A stretch of DNA of 64,000 bases from Macrostomum lignano (taxonomy: Eukaryota): NCBI GenBank assembly GCA_002269645.1, contig NIVC01002407.1:1-64000 (forward strand). Reading direction: 5' to 3'. A program made the position numbers and the translations under genes. The notes beneath the pieces were generated by a model. It was not told the origin of the DNA, made no database searches, and saw only the letters and a program-made list of their open reading frames with translations. Positions 38,422-50,573 of the stretch are shown one piece after another (positions within the stretch are counted from its first letter, which is position 1; each line of letters opens with the position of its first letter).

Positions 38422-39930
38422 GGCAATAGTGCAATTTTGTTCGCAAAATTATTTTTCATTTAAATTTGAAAGTTCAAAAGCAGAAAACAATAACAATGAT
38501 AAAAATTGATGTTTTAAACCATTCTAACAATTTTGGCAGAGTTTTTAGCTCCCTGGTTGCCAAACTTTTTAACTTGTCATTGTGTTCTAGTGGCGGATAC
38601 AGAGCTTATCACTGGGCACTGTAGTAGTGGTGAATCCAGAAAAGCATGTTTCCGAAAGCTCTGTTTGCTCTGAACAGTTGGCGCCACATAAACTCCTGGA
38701 TGTGGCTCTCGAAGAGGGCATCGCTTGTTCCATGCATGGCCCTGAATTTGGCCTTGCAATGTGCCCACGTTCCCTCAATTGTGTTGGTGTAGAGAGTTGC
38801 ATCATTTGGGTCCACAAAATGGAGTCGATGGTTCACGACACCATGGTCTCCGTGGCCACTAACTACATTCGCCATGTGGGTGTAGGCTTGCCAACCATCA
38901 GTCAAGATCCATGTGTCAGGCAGGACAAACTGCTGGATTATAGGAAGCAGTGTCTGAGCAGACCTGTTAGGCACAACAACTATCACACACTTGGGGCTAC
39001 CCCTTTCTACCATGCCAAGGACTCAATGACCCTCACAATATGCACCTTGCTGGTATTTGCAATGAAAAAATTTGCTTTCATTGATTTCAACAGTAGTGCC
39101 AGGTCCACCAAGTTGCATCGGGTGGTCAATGAAGTACTGGCAGCAAATGTCCCTGACAAAATTGAGCCAGTCCACAGCCATATGATCACTAATGTGACAC
39201 TCGTGCATCATGGCCATCTTGGTCTCATTCCTGGCCCAGCAGTACAGCAAGGTGACAAGCTGCTGCAGTGTCAGGTGACTATTCTCAAAGAAAGAGTCCT
39301 TCCTGATGCTTTGCTGACTGCGGCAAGTCTTGCAGTCTTGCAGTCCCAGGCCCAGCTATCTACGAAGCGATCACCAGCTCGACGCTGCAGGTTCATGGGG
39401 GTCTGGGCTGGATAGGAGCATGTACGTTGGTTGCTGATAAGCACAACCTTGGCCATCCAGCGCATTGTATCCTCCGGCGTTGCCGTGGCAGCCATCAGGT
39501 CGCACGCATTTAGCTCTAGTTGCAGTAGAGCATTTGCTGGCAAGTGGCAGCACTTCATTTGGCGGAATTATCCACGAGGGTCTTGGTGGTTGTCCAGCCA
39601 TGATACAATATGTTGTCCAAAAGAAAAAGCAGATATTAGCAACTTTTCAGCTAAAGGGAAACAGTTCAAGCCCCCCCCACTTGAGCCCCTTTCAATTTTT
39701 TAAACTATTTTTTTCCATTGACAACTTGCATTTTAAGTAGCATTTGAGCATAGCACAGATTTAATGAAAAAAATATATTAATAGAGCGCCCATTTGCTTT
39801 AAAGTTCCGTGAGCAGTGAGCACTGGCACAGTCGCTAGAATGGTTTAAAACATTGTTGTTATTGTTTTCTGCTTTTGAACTTTCAAATTTAAAAGAAAAT
39901 TAATTTTGCGAATGAAACTGCACTATTGCC
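38422..39930 (-). mobile_element. Merlin (IS1595/ISXO2-like) DNA transposon, inactive
   Basis: ~100-bp TIRs (GGCAATAGTGCA...TGCACTATTGCC) and an exact 8-bp TSD AGAGCAAG (38414-38421 and 39931-39938). Internal transposase remnants on the minus strand. Confidence 0.9.
38609..39558 (-). pseudogene. Merlin/ISXO2-like DDE transposase pseudogene
   Basis: LGGPGTTVEINESKF (first catalytic Asp replaced by Asn), VPNRSAQTLLPIIQQFV.PDT.I.TDGW.AY, VNHRLHFVDP, TNTIEGTW. Broken by stops and frameshifts. Confidence 0.85.
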
Positions 39931-41029
39931 AGAGCAAGTTATTTAGCTCATAGAACTGTAACACAAAGGAAACAAGTTGACACAATTTATTTTTCTTGGC
40001 CTCTTTTAGGCTCCTATTTATACTAAGATTTCTTATCATTTCAAACAAAAAATAATTGTGAAAAATATTTTTATAACTTACAAAATTTAAACAAAGGATA
40101 AAAGATTTGTTTTTAGCACAGATTTAAAATAGAGTTTTCTAAGAAACATAAAGATGAGTAAACTATTAAAACTACTATACAGTTATTATACTATTATTAA
40201 TGCACTGTCTGAAAAATAATTAAAATATCAAATATCAAATAACAACTAATGTTAAAAAGCTAATAGAAATACATCTATACAATAAAAGAAAGCATTTTTC
40301 AAAAAGTTTTTTATTCAAATAAAATGTCTGACATTTCTGGCTAACATTAAATGTAAAACATTTAAAATATTTAATTTTTTAAATTTAATTTAATAAATAT
40401 TAAATTTATTAAACAGTTTGAAAAAATTTCTCTTTTAGCTCTTCACTCTCTTTATTTTATTCTCTACTCTTCTCATTAAAAAAATTAAAAGAATTTAGGA
40501 AATTTAAAATTTAAATTAAATTAGGCCCTATTACATTAATATTAGATGATGATAAAGTAGGCCTCGCCTGCCTAGGCCCTAGCCTATGTAGGTGGTGCAT
40601 GTCATCATTAATATGAAAAAGGCTTATTAAAAATGTGAAATTCATTGAAAAATTAGGGGCTTTTATATCTTTTAAAATTGAACAAAATGGATAATTTTGA
40701 TAGGAATTTTTCGCCCCGACCTGACCAAGTTCACGGCAGGGAGGGCCGGCCGATCGGCATCGGGCCGTGGTTGGAGGAAAATTCAAATTACTGTTTGGAT
40801 AGTTAAACAAAAAATAATGGCAGAAAAGATAATAAACTACTGAGTTTTAGTACGCATATTCTTTCAGTACACAAGAAAAAAACTGTACAATAGTTTATAC
40901 TAATAATTATTTCAATATATTATTAATGATTTATAAATATTTACATGTTTATGATCAGATTTCTAAATAAAAAAATCTCACTGAAGTTAAGTTTATGTTT
41001 AGCTTAAGTTTATTCGGTTAAGAACAAAG

Positions 41030-41150
41030 AAGACTGAAAGAAGATGTCAAGGCTCATGCGGGGAATTGCTGAGATGTCAAAGCTCACGGGGCTTTTCTGA
41101 GATGTCAAGGCTAAGGTCAGAAGCGCATAAACTACGTGTAGTTTATTCAA
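41030..41150 (+). repeat. Isolated fragment of the GCTGAGATGTCAAGGCT repeats found in the body of Helitron unit 5
   Basis: Same motif as 36500-37400. Confidence 0.6.
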
Positions 41151-41179
41151 TTTGTAGGAAATAAACGTCAATAAAATCA

Positions 41180-42213
41180 TTGAATACAATTTTTCTTTTT
41201 AGCCAACGCGTTTCTTCAAACATAAGACGTCGTCAGGCCGGCCAGTTCAAGAAACCCTAATTCACAACACCATTATATTTATGCATAAAAACTGTACAGT
41301 CCAAAGGCGGGTCAAGACAGTCCAGTCCGTTAGAATTTCAAAAGTGCCAAGCTCAAAACGAAAGGAGAGAGAGAAAGAGAAAAAAGACACGGAACTGCTC
41401 ACATGCAGGACTCTTAGCTCACGCTCCGTACCCCATTGCCAGCTACATGCAGCTGCACATTCAAGTTGGGTTTGTGCATTCTGATATTATGAAGCTTAAA
41501 TAATCTTAAATAGGTCAAATTTGCACCCATCAAGCACTTTAAAGAGCTGAATCGGTTCACTGTCACAACATTTTTTACAAACAAGCAGATGGTCATTAAT
41601 CGCAGAGCTTTTTAGCCAATGTTCCCTAGCTCTAGTGTGCAGGTGTCGCTTCGTTTTTCCAATATAGGAAACGCTCTGATCCTCAGAGCAGCGAAATTGG
41701 TAAACAACACCAGCCCTTAGAGCAAGTGGAACGGCTGACTTGAGCCTGCTAGCATAGCGACTAATCTTTTCAGTGCGAAAAACAATCCTAACGGTGCACT
41801 TAAGCCATTTGCTAAACGTTTTCTCAAGTAATTCCTGAAGTGAAAGTTTACCGTAAACCTACGTTTACTGGGCTGAAGTTAAATTTCTATGCTTTATGTC
41901 CGTCTCACTGGAAAGTCGGGTTAGTTAGGTGCCTTCTTCACAGAACCTACGAGGTGAGCAGTTCTTGGAGTTTATTCCACCAAGAGGTTCATGCCCTGAC
42001 TAAAATCCTCAGATCAAACGGTTACCCTCTCAGTTTTGTCAGCCGTATTATCAATGCGTTTGTCAACAAGAAAGTTTCCAACGATGTGGGATCCAAGCAA
42101 CCGGAGATTGATTCTTGGGGCGCTCTGTTGGTTCTCCCATTTTTTGGTAACGTTTCGCTTGACTTCAGGAAAAAACTTAAGAAAACGTTTAGCAAATGGC
42201 TTAAATGCACCGT
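41180..42213. mobile_element. Penelope-like retroelement fragment with an internal inversion (RT thumb on +, GIY-YIG endonuclease on -)
   Basis: + 41840-42213: VYRKPTFTG...WKVGLVRCLLHR...NGYP...LPFFG (PLE RT C-terminus). Minus strand from ~41830: KTFSKWLKCTVRIVF...GVVYQFRC...SYIGKTKRHLHTRAREH...HKPNLNVQ (GIY-YIG). Confidence 0.85.
41200..41245 (-). ncRNA. Degenerate minimal hammerhead-ribozyme-like motif at the PLE 3' end
   Basis: Minus strand CTGACGA-CGTC-TTATGTTT-GAA-GAAA-CGCGTT: CUGANGA and GAAA cores with palindromic AACGCGTT, as in PLE minimal hammerheads. Stems I and II pair imperfectly. Confidence 0.4.
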
Positions 42214-42870
42214 CAAATCAATAGCTATCGCAAGTGGAATCGATAATGATCCACAGAGAATCTATATAACTAATTCTCAAAAAATAAGGCCTAAGATTAG
42301 GAAGTCTCTTATAGAAATAGCTAGTTTTCCCGTCACTCTTTCATCCTGAGATTCGTCAGGACGATTTTCGTTTGTCCTTTACTACTGTATCTCAACGGTC
42401 ATACCGATCTTGACCCGTAGACATGCGGAGCAATAAATTTAATATGTAGACATGAGCTATCGATTGCATGCAAAAATTGAGAAAATCCTGTCAATGCTAG
42501 CTGCTTGGAGCTAGCTGCTGAGCATACGAGCTGGAATAATCTATGTTGCCAAGTATGTACACTGTAGGACCTGACCAGCGTCTTGAATAACTTTCAAGAA
42601 CTGATTGAAATGCACTAAAATCCACAAATTATATAATGCTCAAACACACCATACCGACTGACAATTAGCGAATACACATATTGCTCATAGCGGAATTTGA
42701 ATCAACTCCATAGAACCCTATTGGTTATTGAAGCCATTGGACAAAAAAGTGTGGTATCGACATCCTCATATAACTAAAATTAAATTATGGAGTGACGACT
42801 ACCAAGGCCTCTCGGCTTCTATACAGATGAAGCCAGACACCGGCCTTCATTCCAATAGTTCAATAGAAAA

Positions 42871-44304
42871 ATGAATTCTACAGGTGCGTTTGGAAAACTT
42901 CGCATCGTCGGGTACGTAGAGAGCCCCATGGGCTTGGTGCGCGACTGCCTAAGCGGCAAGCCGGACAGACGTCTCTATTGCGTCATGTCTCACATTGTGG
43001 GTTCCGCATCCGGCATCCTGATGCCTCTGCTGCTGCTAATTGGTCTGGCTGGAAACTTCATCATTGCCACGGTGATGCTGACTAGCGACAAGCTGCAGCA
43101 ACGCAGGCAGAATTTGTACCTGGGCTTCATCGCAATTGCTGACAGCCTCAGCCTGATTGTGGTCGCCCTGCTGAACGGATTTCTCACCAAGGGGCTGCCC
43201 TGGCTGACTGGCGGACAGTACGGATTCTATCTGTACAACCTGAGCGACTTCTGGTGCAAAGTGTCAAGGTACATCCACCTGCATGCATGATAAGCAATCA
43301 AAAAGCACACATTAGAGGTATACTAGGGCAGTTCTCTAATTTGCATGACTATGAGATTAAAGGTATAAATTAACGACAATTGGCATTTAGAACTGTAAAA
43401 ATTTAATAGAATCAAATACTTACTTTGATGCTTGGAAAATCCTTTGAGATCATTCCTGCTCCAAACTTTGAGTGGCACTATTCGCACATCCCTGTTATTT
43501 CTAATCAAATCAAGGTACTCTGTGAACTTTTGCCAGCTGCTCTCCAGCCTGTGGCTTCTGCTTCTGGTGGCCGACCGCGCTCTGGCTGTCCACCGGCCAC
43601 TGGTCATGATGCGCGCCAGCCGAAACGGCGCTAAATTAGCGCTTGGCGCCACTTTCGCGGCGTCGGCGCTGATCCCAATGCCCGCCTGCTTCCTCATCGG
43701 CCACTCAGTGGTGCAGCTGACCGAAGGCACTGGCCTGCTGTACTGCTCAAGCAACGGGGATCACCTTCAGCGCTGGCTGCTGCTGTTCTACATGCCACTG
43801 GCTTCCAACCCGCCCACGCTCGCCATCCTGGCCATGCTGGCGCTGAATGTCTTTCTGGCCTGCCGGGTGGCGGCAGCCCTGCGGGTTCGGCGCACCCTGC
43901 GCGGCGGAGGCGGCGATGGAGGCGGCAGCGGCGAAATGAGAGACCTGAGCGGCACCATCGTCGTCATCATTCTGGGTGTGGTCTACCTGGCTCTCTACTT
44001 GCCGCTTCTCATTCTGAATCCGTGGTTTCACGTTGCCATGGAGACGCTGGACAACACCGCCAATATTGACTACCTGACCTTGCTGGCCAACCTGACGTAC
44101 GGCAGCAAGGCCCTGGCGCTGATCAACCAGGCAACGAATTTCTTTGTGCTGCTGAGACGCAGCGCCGAGTTCAGACGCGAAGTCGGCTCGATGTTCTGCT
44201 GCCGCCGGAGCCGTCCAGCTGGCGATGAGCGGGCCAGGGACTACCAGCTGCAGCAGCTGGAGCCTCATCTGGGTGGGGCAGACAGCAGACAGCTCCATGT
44301 GTAG
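42871..44304 (+). CDS. Orphan class A (rhodopsin-like) GPCR, peptide-receptor-like; 2 exons, ~395 aa
   Basis: Exons 42871-43268 and 43515-44304 (GT-AG, phase 2, KVSR|YSVNF). Seven hydrophobic segments: GLAGN (TM1), IAIADSL (TM2), FWCK, ADRALAV (DRY equivalent), LYLP (TM6), NQATNFFV (TM7). Start codon uncertain. Confidence 0.85.
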
Positions 44305-44865
44305 AGCTTCGCTATTTTTCCTCTGGATAATCCTTTTCTGAGACGTACGGACAACAAAGATTATGGAAGTGTTATCCTCTGCCTCCTGCCTCTGCCTCTC
44401 AAATGACATCCTGATGTCGTCCTGCATCCCATCCGCTCCTCAGTGTCCCTCCCTGCCTGAGCCATGGCATGAGGTATCGCTGAAATGAAATTCAATAAAA
44501 AATTAATGGTCTGAACGGAAACTGAAGCAATACTCAATTCTAAGCACCGATTGATAATCTATTCCTTGCATCGACCCAGTTATGATAATAAAATTGGAAA
44601 TCTTGAAAAGCTTGAGCAGACTATCATGTGTTCATTTAAAATGCTCGAGTGTTTTTTAATCAAGCCCTATATCGTCCCCCTGAGAGAGCCGCTGAACATC
44701 GCAGTGCCACTACAGTTGATTAATACGTAGCATGCATCAACGGTACAGGTAGTCTAATGTAGCTTTCTTCGAAAGTCTCTGTAGGCGAGGATAGGCCCAG
44801 CTCGCTTCCTGAGGCCAGAGCAGATCTATCTAACCATATCGGATGCCAGCTTTGGTCTCGCACTT

Positions 44866-45360
44866 TCCCCTGTCTTTCTTTCCTCCGCCCTGCGCAGGGC
44901 CTTGCTTGGACTCAACCGCAGGGACATCAGGACGGTGACCATGGGCCCTCTCGGGTCATGGCTGTTTTGCCAGGCATCGCCACCTCCAGGGGAAAATCCG
45001 CAGTGAGGAATGCCCTTTCTGCCTCTCCGGTGTCGAGAATGCGGAGCACTTCATCTGTGAATGCCCTTTACTCAGGACAGGCTCACCTACCTCGGCCCAA
45101 ACCCGGACCTCTCCGACGTTTTCAGGCCCGAGAACCTCTGCCAGCTCGTCCGCTACCTAAGGGCTACTGGGCGAGCGAACATCCACCTCCTGGACTCTCC
45201 GGAGGGGGACTGCGCTGCGGACACCGGCACCACCGGAACTTCCTGCGCGACACCGCAGCACTAGCTGCCCGTGGTCTCCAGGGGCTAGCGAAATGGGCGG
45301 CAACGCCTCCTCGCTGTCTCCGGACGCACGGAGCCCCCTGCAGCTAAGTAAGTAAGTAAG
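44866..45360 (+). mobile_element. 5'-truncated non-LTR retrotransposon 3' end (CCHC-type C-terminus) with a (TAAG)n tail
   Basis: Translates to LLGLNRRDIRTVT..GHGCFARHRHLQG...[19 protein letters not shown]...[10 protein letters not shown]. Exact 14-bp TSD TTGGTCTCGCACTT at 44852-44865 and 45361-45374. Confidence 0.85.
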
Positions 45361-46164
45361 TTGGTCTCGCACTTGGCACTCAGACAGACAGGTTTTACAC
45401 CGTTACTAGTTGACTCAACTGATTGCAAATTAGATTGCATAGTGATACGATACCTCCGACTGACTCGCAGTTCCGGGAATTGATATTGGTTGATTTTATC
45501 TATATTTATTTATTTCTGAGGCTTCACCTGGCACCTCGGCAAAAAAAAGTGCTCACACTGTAACTATCAATCAATTTGAGTTCTCAGTCACAAGGACAAC
45601 TGAAGTATATATATCGTAACTTCAGTTGTCCTTGCTCAGTCATTCTATCGGCAAAAGAAACAAATCTGGAAGGTGTTATCTAATACGAGCTACATCAGAT
45701 ATAGTAAGGTTGCAGTGGATTCAAAACTTATGGAGCGTCTTTTCAAGCAGAAATATTGAAATAATTTTGCACTCCGTTGCTGCAAGTCATCAAGATGTCA
45801 AGTCTTGCTCTGCAGTCGGTTCTCTCAGAGACTATTAGAGGTTGCGCACTCGTAGTTCACTGAGCACCCATTATCATGAAGTGGAACCATCAAATAATTA
45901 TCACTCAGATTACCAATTATCCTTGAATTCGATGTCGAACACAATAAAGAAATTGTATTAAACTTTATTCAACTGTCCATAATCAAAGGAAACAAAGATT
46001 CCAAACTATTATTTAGCTTGAACAATTTCATCCAAGTTTGCTTGGCTTGGTAAACTAATTTATTTTGCAACAAAAGTTTCTTGGAGGGCGTTGAATTTTC
46101 GACACAGTTGGCTCGTACAGTGTCAATCAAATTCTCCGCAGCATTTTAGCCGGCAATCGGATGC

Positions 46165-46906
46165 TCACCTCCGCTTGTCAGGAAATGCGGCCAGGGCAGA
46201 TCGCTTCACAATAGCGTAGTAGCAGGCTCGGATGGCGGCCTCTGTCTCAGGCTCGTAATTGCACTCATCGGGCAGGGAGTACGTCTTGATAGCGTTCTCC
46301 ACCTGCGAGCGGATTTGCTCGTAGGAGACGCCGCCGATGAGCTCGCAGTTCCTGTTCTCGACGATGCACGGCCTGAAGCGAATCTCGAACAGCTCCATCA
46401 CCTGCCTCTCAGCGTTCTGCAAAAGGTTCAAATGAATTTTTGTCTCAGCTTTCTGCTCTGGTCTGTTTACATAAAGAAGCACTGAACGTAATGACACACC
46501 GCAATCTCGGTGGGATCGGTCTTGCCAGCGATAGCGCTCTGCCTGTAGGACCTGAGCATTACGGCGTAGCAGCATGAGCGGACGCACGATTCGATAGTGA
46601 CGTTGCAGCTGCACTCAGAGGGCAGCCTGACGGAATGCAGCCGGCGGACAAGCGGCGCGAAGCTTTCGAAGTCCCAGCCGACATTTTCAGGGCAGTTGAT
46701 TTTGTTCAGGATGCATGGCTTCGCATACTGTTCCAGCATCCGCAGTGCATCTTCGCGATTGGTCTGCGAAATGGATATTAGTGTTTGAACTGAACATTAA
46801 TTTTGCAACGGTAAACTAACAGAATCTATTGGAGACTTACAGGCGCAGATGGAGTGTTACAAAGAGCCACGAGAGGCAGAACGACGAGAAGGGCAAAACG
46901 GAACAT
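46165..46906 (-). CDS. Small secreted Cys-rich protein with two internal ~85-aa repeats (unassigned family, copy A); 3 exons, 193 aa
   Basis: Exons 46906-46841 (MFRFALLVVLPLVALCNTPSAP, signal-peptide-like), 46763-46500 and 46416-46165; phase-0 GT-AG introns. Homologous to 55148-55875. Confidence 0.85.
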
Positions 46907-47411
46907 TTTTTGCAGAAGGCGATTACGTTTTGCCAGAACTCACACAACAGCTCTTAGCCAGTTAAATTTATCAAAAAATCGGGAATTTTAACGTCCTTTT
47001 ATTCATTTTTAATAACAAGGCCCACTGCTCTCCAGTCCAGACACAGCTGACTAAACTAATCAGGAGAAAACTCTAACTTTTTCTGTCTTCAACTGCTTAC
47101 TGAAGCGCATCCGGGGTACCGGATTCGCAAATTTTGAGCAAATACAGGACAATTAGCAAGTAATTAGCGAGTCCTGAAACTAATTTTGTGTCCCTCTAGA
47201 CTGTCCATACAGCTGGCTGCTTGCCCACACTGATTTCGCCTGCAAATAGGAGGTGAAATTTCAAGTTTGCTCGATCGAAACTCCTCTAAATTGGTTGATC
47301 AATAAACTCCATTTGATTAAGGGTGACTGAATCGGAATTGCTTAGTTGGAACAAAAGCCTTTTAAAAAAGAAAGGAGCTTCCTCTGAAGCGGAAGGGTGG
47401 GGTTGAAAGGG

Positions 47412-47645
47412 ATAGCGACGTTTGCCTGCGGGACGTTTGCCTGCGGGACGTTTGCCAGCCGACGTTTGCCAGCCGACATTTGCCAGCCGACGTTTGCCAG
47501 CCGACGTTTGCCAGCCGACGTTTGCCTGCGGGACGTTTGCCTGCAGGACGTTTGCCAGCCGACGTTTGCCAGCCGACGTTTGCCAGCCGACGTCTGCCAG
47601 CCGACGTTTGCCTGCGGGACGTTTGCCAGCCGACGTTTGCCAGCC
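47412..47645. repeat. 14-15-bp minisatellite (GACGTTTGCCAGCC / GACGTTTGCCTGCGG)
   Basis: Seen directly; accounts for the repetitive ORFs at 47342-47728. Confidence 0.9.
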
Positions 47646-49795
47646 AACAGCAAGTCGGAGTGAATGTGATACTGAAATATTCGCAGTTTAGCTGTTTTGG
47701 AAAAAACAATTTTAGTCCAACTTTTTAATTGACGGCTAACTTATTCGCATTGATGAGTTTCGACCTCCCGGCCCCCTTGCGGGGAAGCCTTCGGGCCTCA
47801 GGTCTCAGAAATCAATCAATTAGAGTCCTGGCCCCCCACTCCTGTCAGATGGTCAGCCCCATGGTAGCTTGATCTGTCGCGAGCAGTCTAGGTCCTATAG
47901 CTAAGAGAGGGACAGCGAGAGACGAGCAGGGAGAATTTTGAAAGTAGAAATTAGTTAATCCGCAGATTAGCTGACCCGCTGCCACCAGCCCGTGCGTCCT
48001 GGCTCACCACACCGGGACTCTCGAAATCGGGCTTCCGACTAGAAGGGGCTTTGCACTTACCTGCCAACTAGTGTCTTTTTGCTGTCTATCTCGAAGTCAT
48101 AGCCGATGATAAGGGACACTGCTGGGACTAGATCGCATTGGCCATGCAGGTACAGAGGGGACTTGTGCAGGGGATTCTTGCAGTGGCGAGACTATGGGGT
48201 AGTTACATGTACTATTACATTACTAAATACGAAAATATGTACTTTTGGCCTTCAACGCGCCAACTAGCCTCTCATAGCGCTGATGATAGACTAACTCGAA
48301 CTTCAGAGACCGCATGAATCATTTACCCGAGCCGCTTGGCTAACCTAGAGTGCACAAAGTACATCTCTGGCGCCGATTCTGCACTTCTGGCCGTTTTGCT
48401 CGCTGATTTGATAGTTAGATCGACTGAGAACTGCCTTGCCATTGGTCCACTGTGACCGGCGCCTACTAGCTTAGCTACTCATCTGAGCCATCGGCGAACA
48501 AAGAAATAAAACCGATAAAATAACTGTTAGATTTAACCTTCTCCTTAGTTCACTTCACACTTTAGATTGAATTGGAGTCTTAGACTACTAGCAGTATTAT
48601 TGAATGTCTTCTGCCTCAGCAACAGCACTACTGAACAAAATGAGCAAAAGTGTGCGCCTAATTCAGCTACTGAAACGGGGGACAGATAAGGAATCACCCA
48701 ATCAAGCAAGTCTAGGTAGCCTCTCACCCAACGAATCAGAAACTCAACAGCCGGAGACCAGGTAATCCACAGTGACCGAATCGGCTTGATGCTCTGCAGC
48801 TGTAGACTCGGGATGATGCTGTCACAATCTTCGCTGTTAGCTAGCAGGTGATGCTCTTCACTGGATGTTCGCTGCTGATGACCGGGGGACTCGTCCTTGA
48901 TGATGAGGGGGGAAGTCGCAATCCGGGGATCAAGAAACGACGGTCGCGCTCCAGGATGTCTCAAGCTAGGCTAAGGTCCCAGGAGGTTGGAGTCCGAGCG
49001 GGCCAAAAACTCCGGTTTAAATAGCCGCCAACTGGACCGCAGTTTGTTATAATGGAACACGTCGATTCTGATTGGCTGAGCCGTTTTGTTAAAATGAGCG
49101 CCAAATTTTCTGATTGGCTAAGCTTGTTGCTACCCAGAATCACGTGACCGAGAGATCCTATCAGTTCCCACAGGGTCGTAAAAAGATGACAGGTGCGGCC
49201 ATAAATCACTCAAAATCGCAACAAAATGATTTATGACTTTTCGCATAGGATTGGCAGAAATTAATAAAAAAATATACATTAGAAAGCTCTTATTAAATAG
49301 AAAGTGAAGATAATAAAGAGAAATCACTAATCGCTAATCCCAAAGTACTTTTAGGGGTAAAACGCATAGCTGTCAAAGCTGTCACACGCTTGAGTGAACA
49401 CGAACAACAGGCTCTGACCTCATAAATCTTGATGGCCTGTCAAAATGATGAGAAAAAAGCTACCGCCCGCATCCTCTCAGACCATCTGGCGCCCGCCTCA
49501 ACACTGAGTGAGGCGCAGGTGGCTGTCAGACCAGCTTCGAAAGCGATGATTTATGACCCAAAAAGCTGCGCCTATGTTATTATGACTACTAGTATGACCA
49601 AACATTATATCTAGTATAGATTCTATGACAATTCGCAGAAAAAGAATAAAAATGCCCATAGCCTGCTATCAGTAGGCTAGTAAGTTTAGAGCCCATGTGC
49701 TAGCGCGGGATTTGGGAAAAAGTGCGTCCTCATCAGCATGATGTATAAATCGAAAACAAAATCTATACGCTATAAATTAATTAATATTTAGCAGT

Positions 49796-50341
49796 TCATC
49801 ATCATCTTTGAATGTAAAAATATTATTATAAAGTTTACTTCTGCCAGTTTCGTATCGCTTTACCCAGTTTAAGATGTTTGATTTTGCATGATTTGCGATT
49901 TCATGATTTGCGAATGAATTGACACGCAAATTTGAATGAATCTCCAGCGAGCCAAGTTTTGAGCAAATAAAATAACTGCTGAACGATAATTTTAAATTGA
50001 ATATTTCCCAATTCATGGGAGATCCAAAAGTAAGCGAACTAATTCCTGCAAGCGCCTTGTCATCATCATCTTTGAATGTAAAAATATTATTATAAAGTTT
50101 ACTTCTGCCAGTTTTGTATCGCTTTACCTAGTTTAAGATGTTTGATTTTGCATGATTTGCGAATTCATGATTTGCGATTTCATGATTTGCGAATGAATTG
50201 ACACGCAAATTTGAATGAATCTCCAGCGAGCCAAGTTTTGAGCAAATAAAATAACTGCTGAACGATAATTTTAAATTGAATATTTCCCAATTCATGGGAG
50301 ATCCAAAAGTAAGCGAACTAATTCCTGCAAGCGCCTTGTCA
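49796..50341. repeat. 264-bp direct tandem duplication
   Basis: TCATCATCATCTTTGAATGT starts at 49796 and 50060; near-identical copies. Confidence 0.9.
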
Positions 50342-50573
50342 AGTGCACGCTGTCATGGCCAACAACAAGCATGCCCTGACATGTCTGTAGCCGCCTTCTC
50401 TTCCCTTGCCGCACCAAAAATTAAAACCTATGCCCCACTGTATCATTTTGGAGGGGTTTTTAGGGGTATAGCCAGATTGTTGCACGCTTTGAATGTCTAT
50501 GGCCGAAGCCAACGTCTGAGCTAACTACTTAATGCTATATTTAGCAGTTGTAACATTATAAAAACTTAATATA

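Noticed and set aside
42335-42375. Second CTGACGA...GAAA hammerhead-like string on the minus strand
   Set aside because: No plausible stems I and III; better explained by a simple TCCTGA/TCAGGA hairpin.
47841-49193. Block bounded by CCTGTCA...TGACAGG with CCAAT/TATA-like motifs and ORF 48545..48964 (possible solo LTR or TIR element)
   Set aside because: No TSD match and no recognisable protein; cannot classify.
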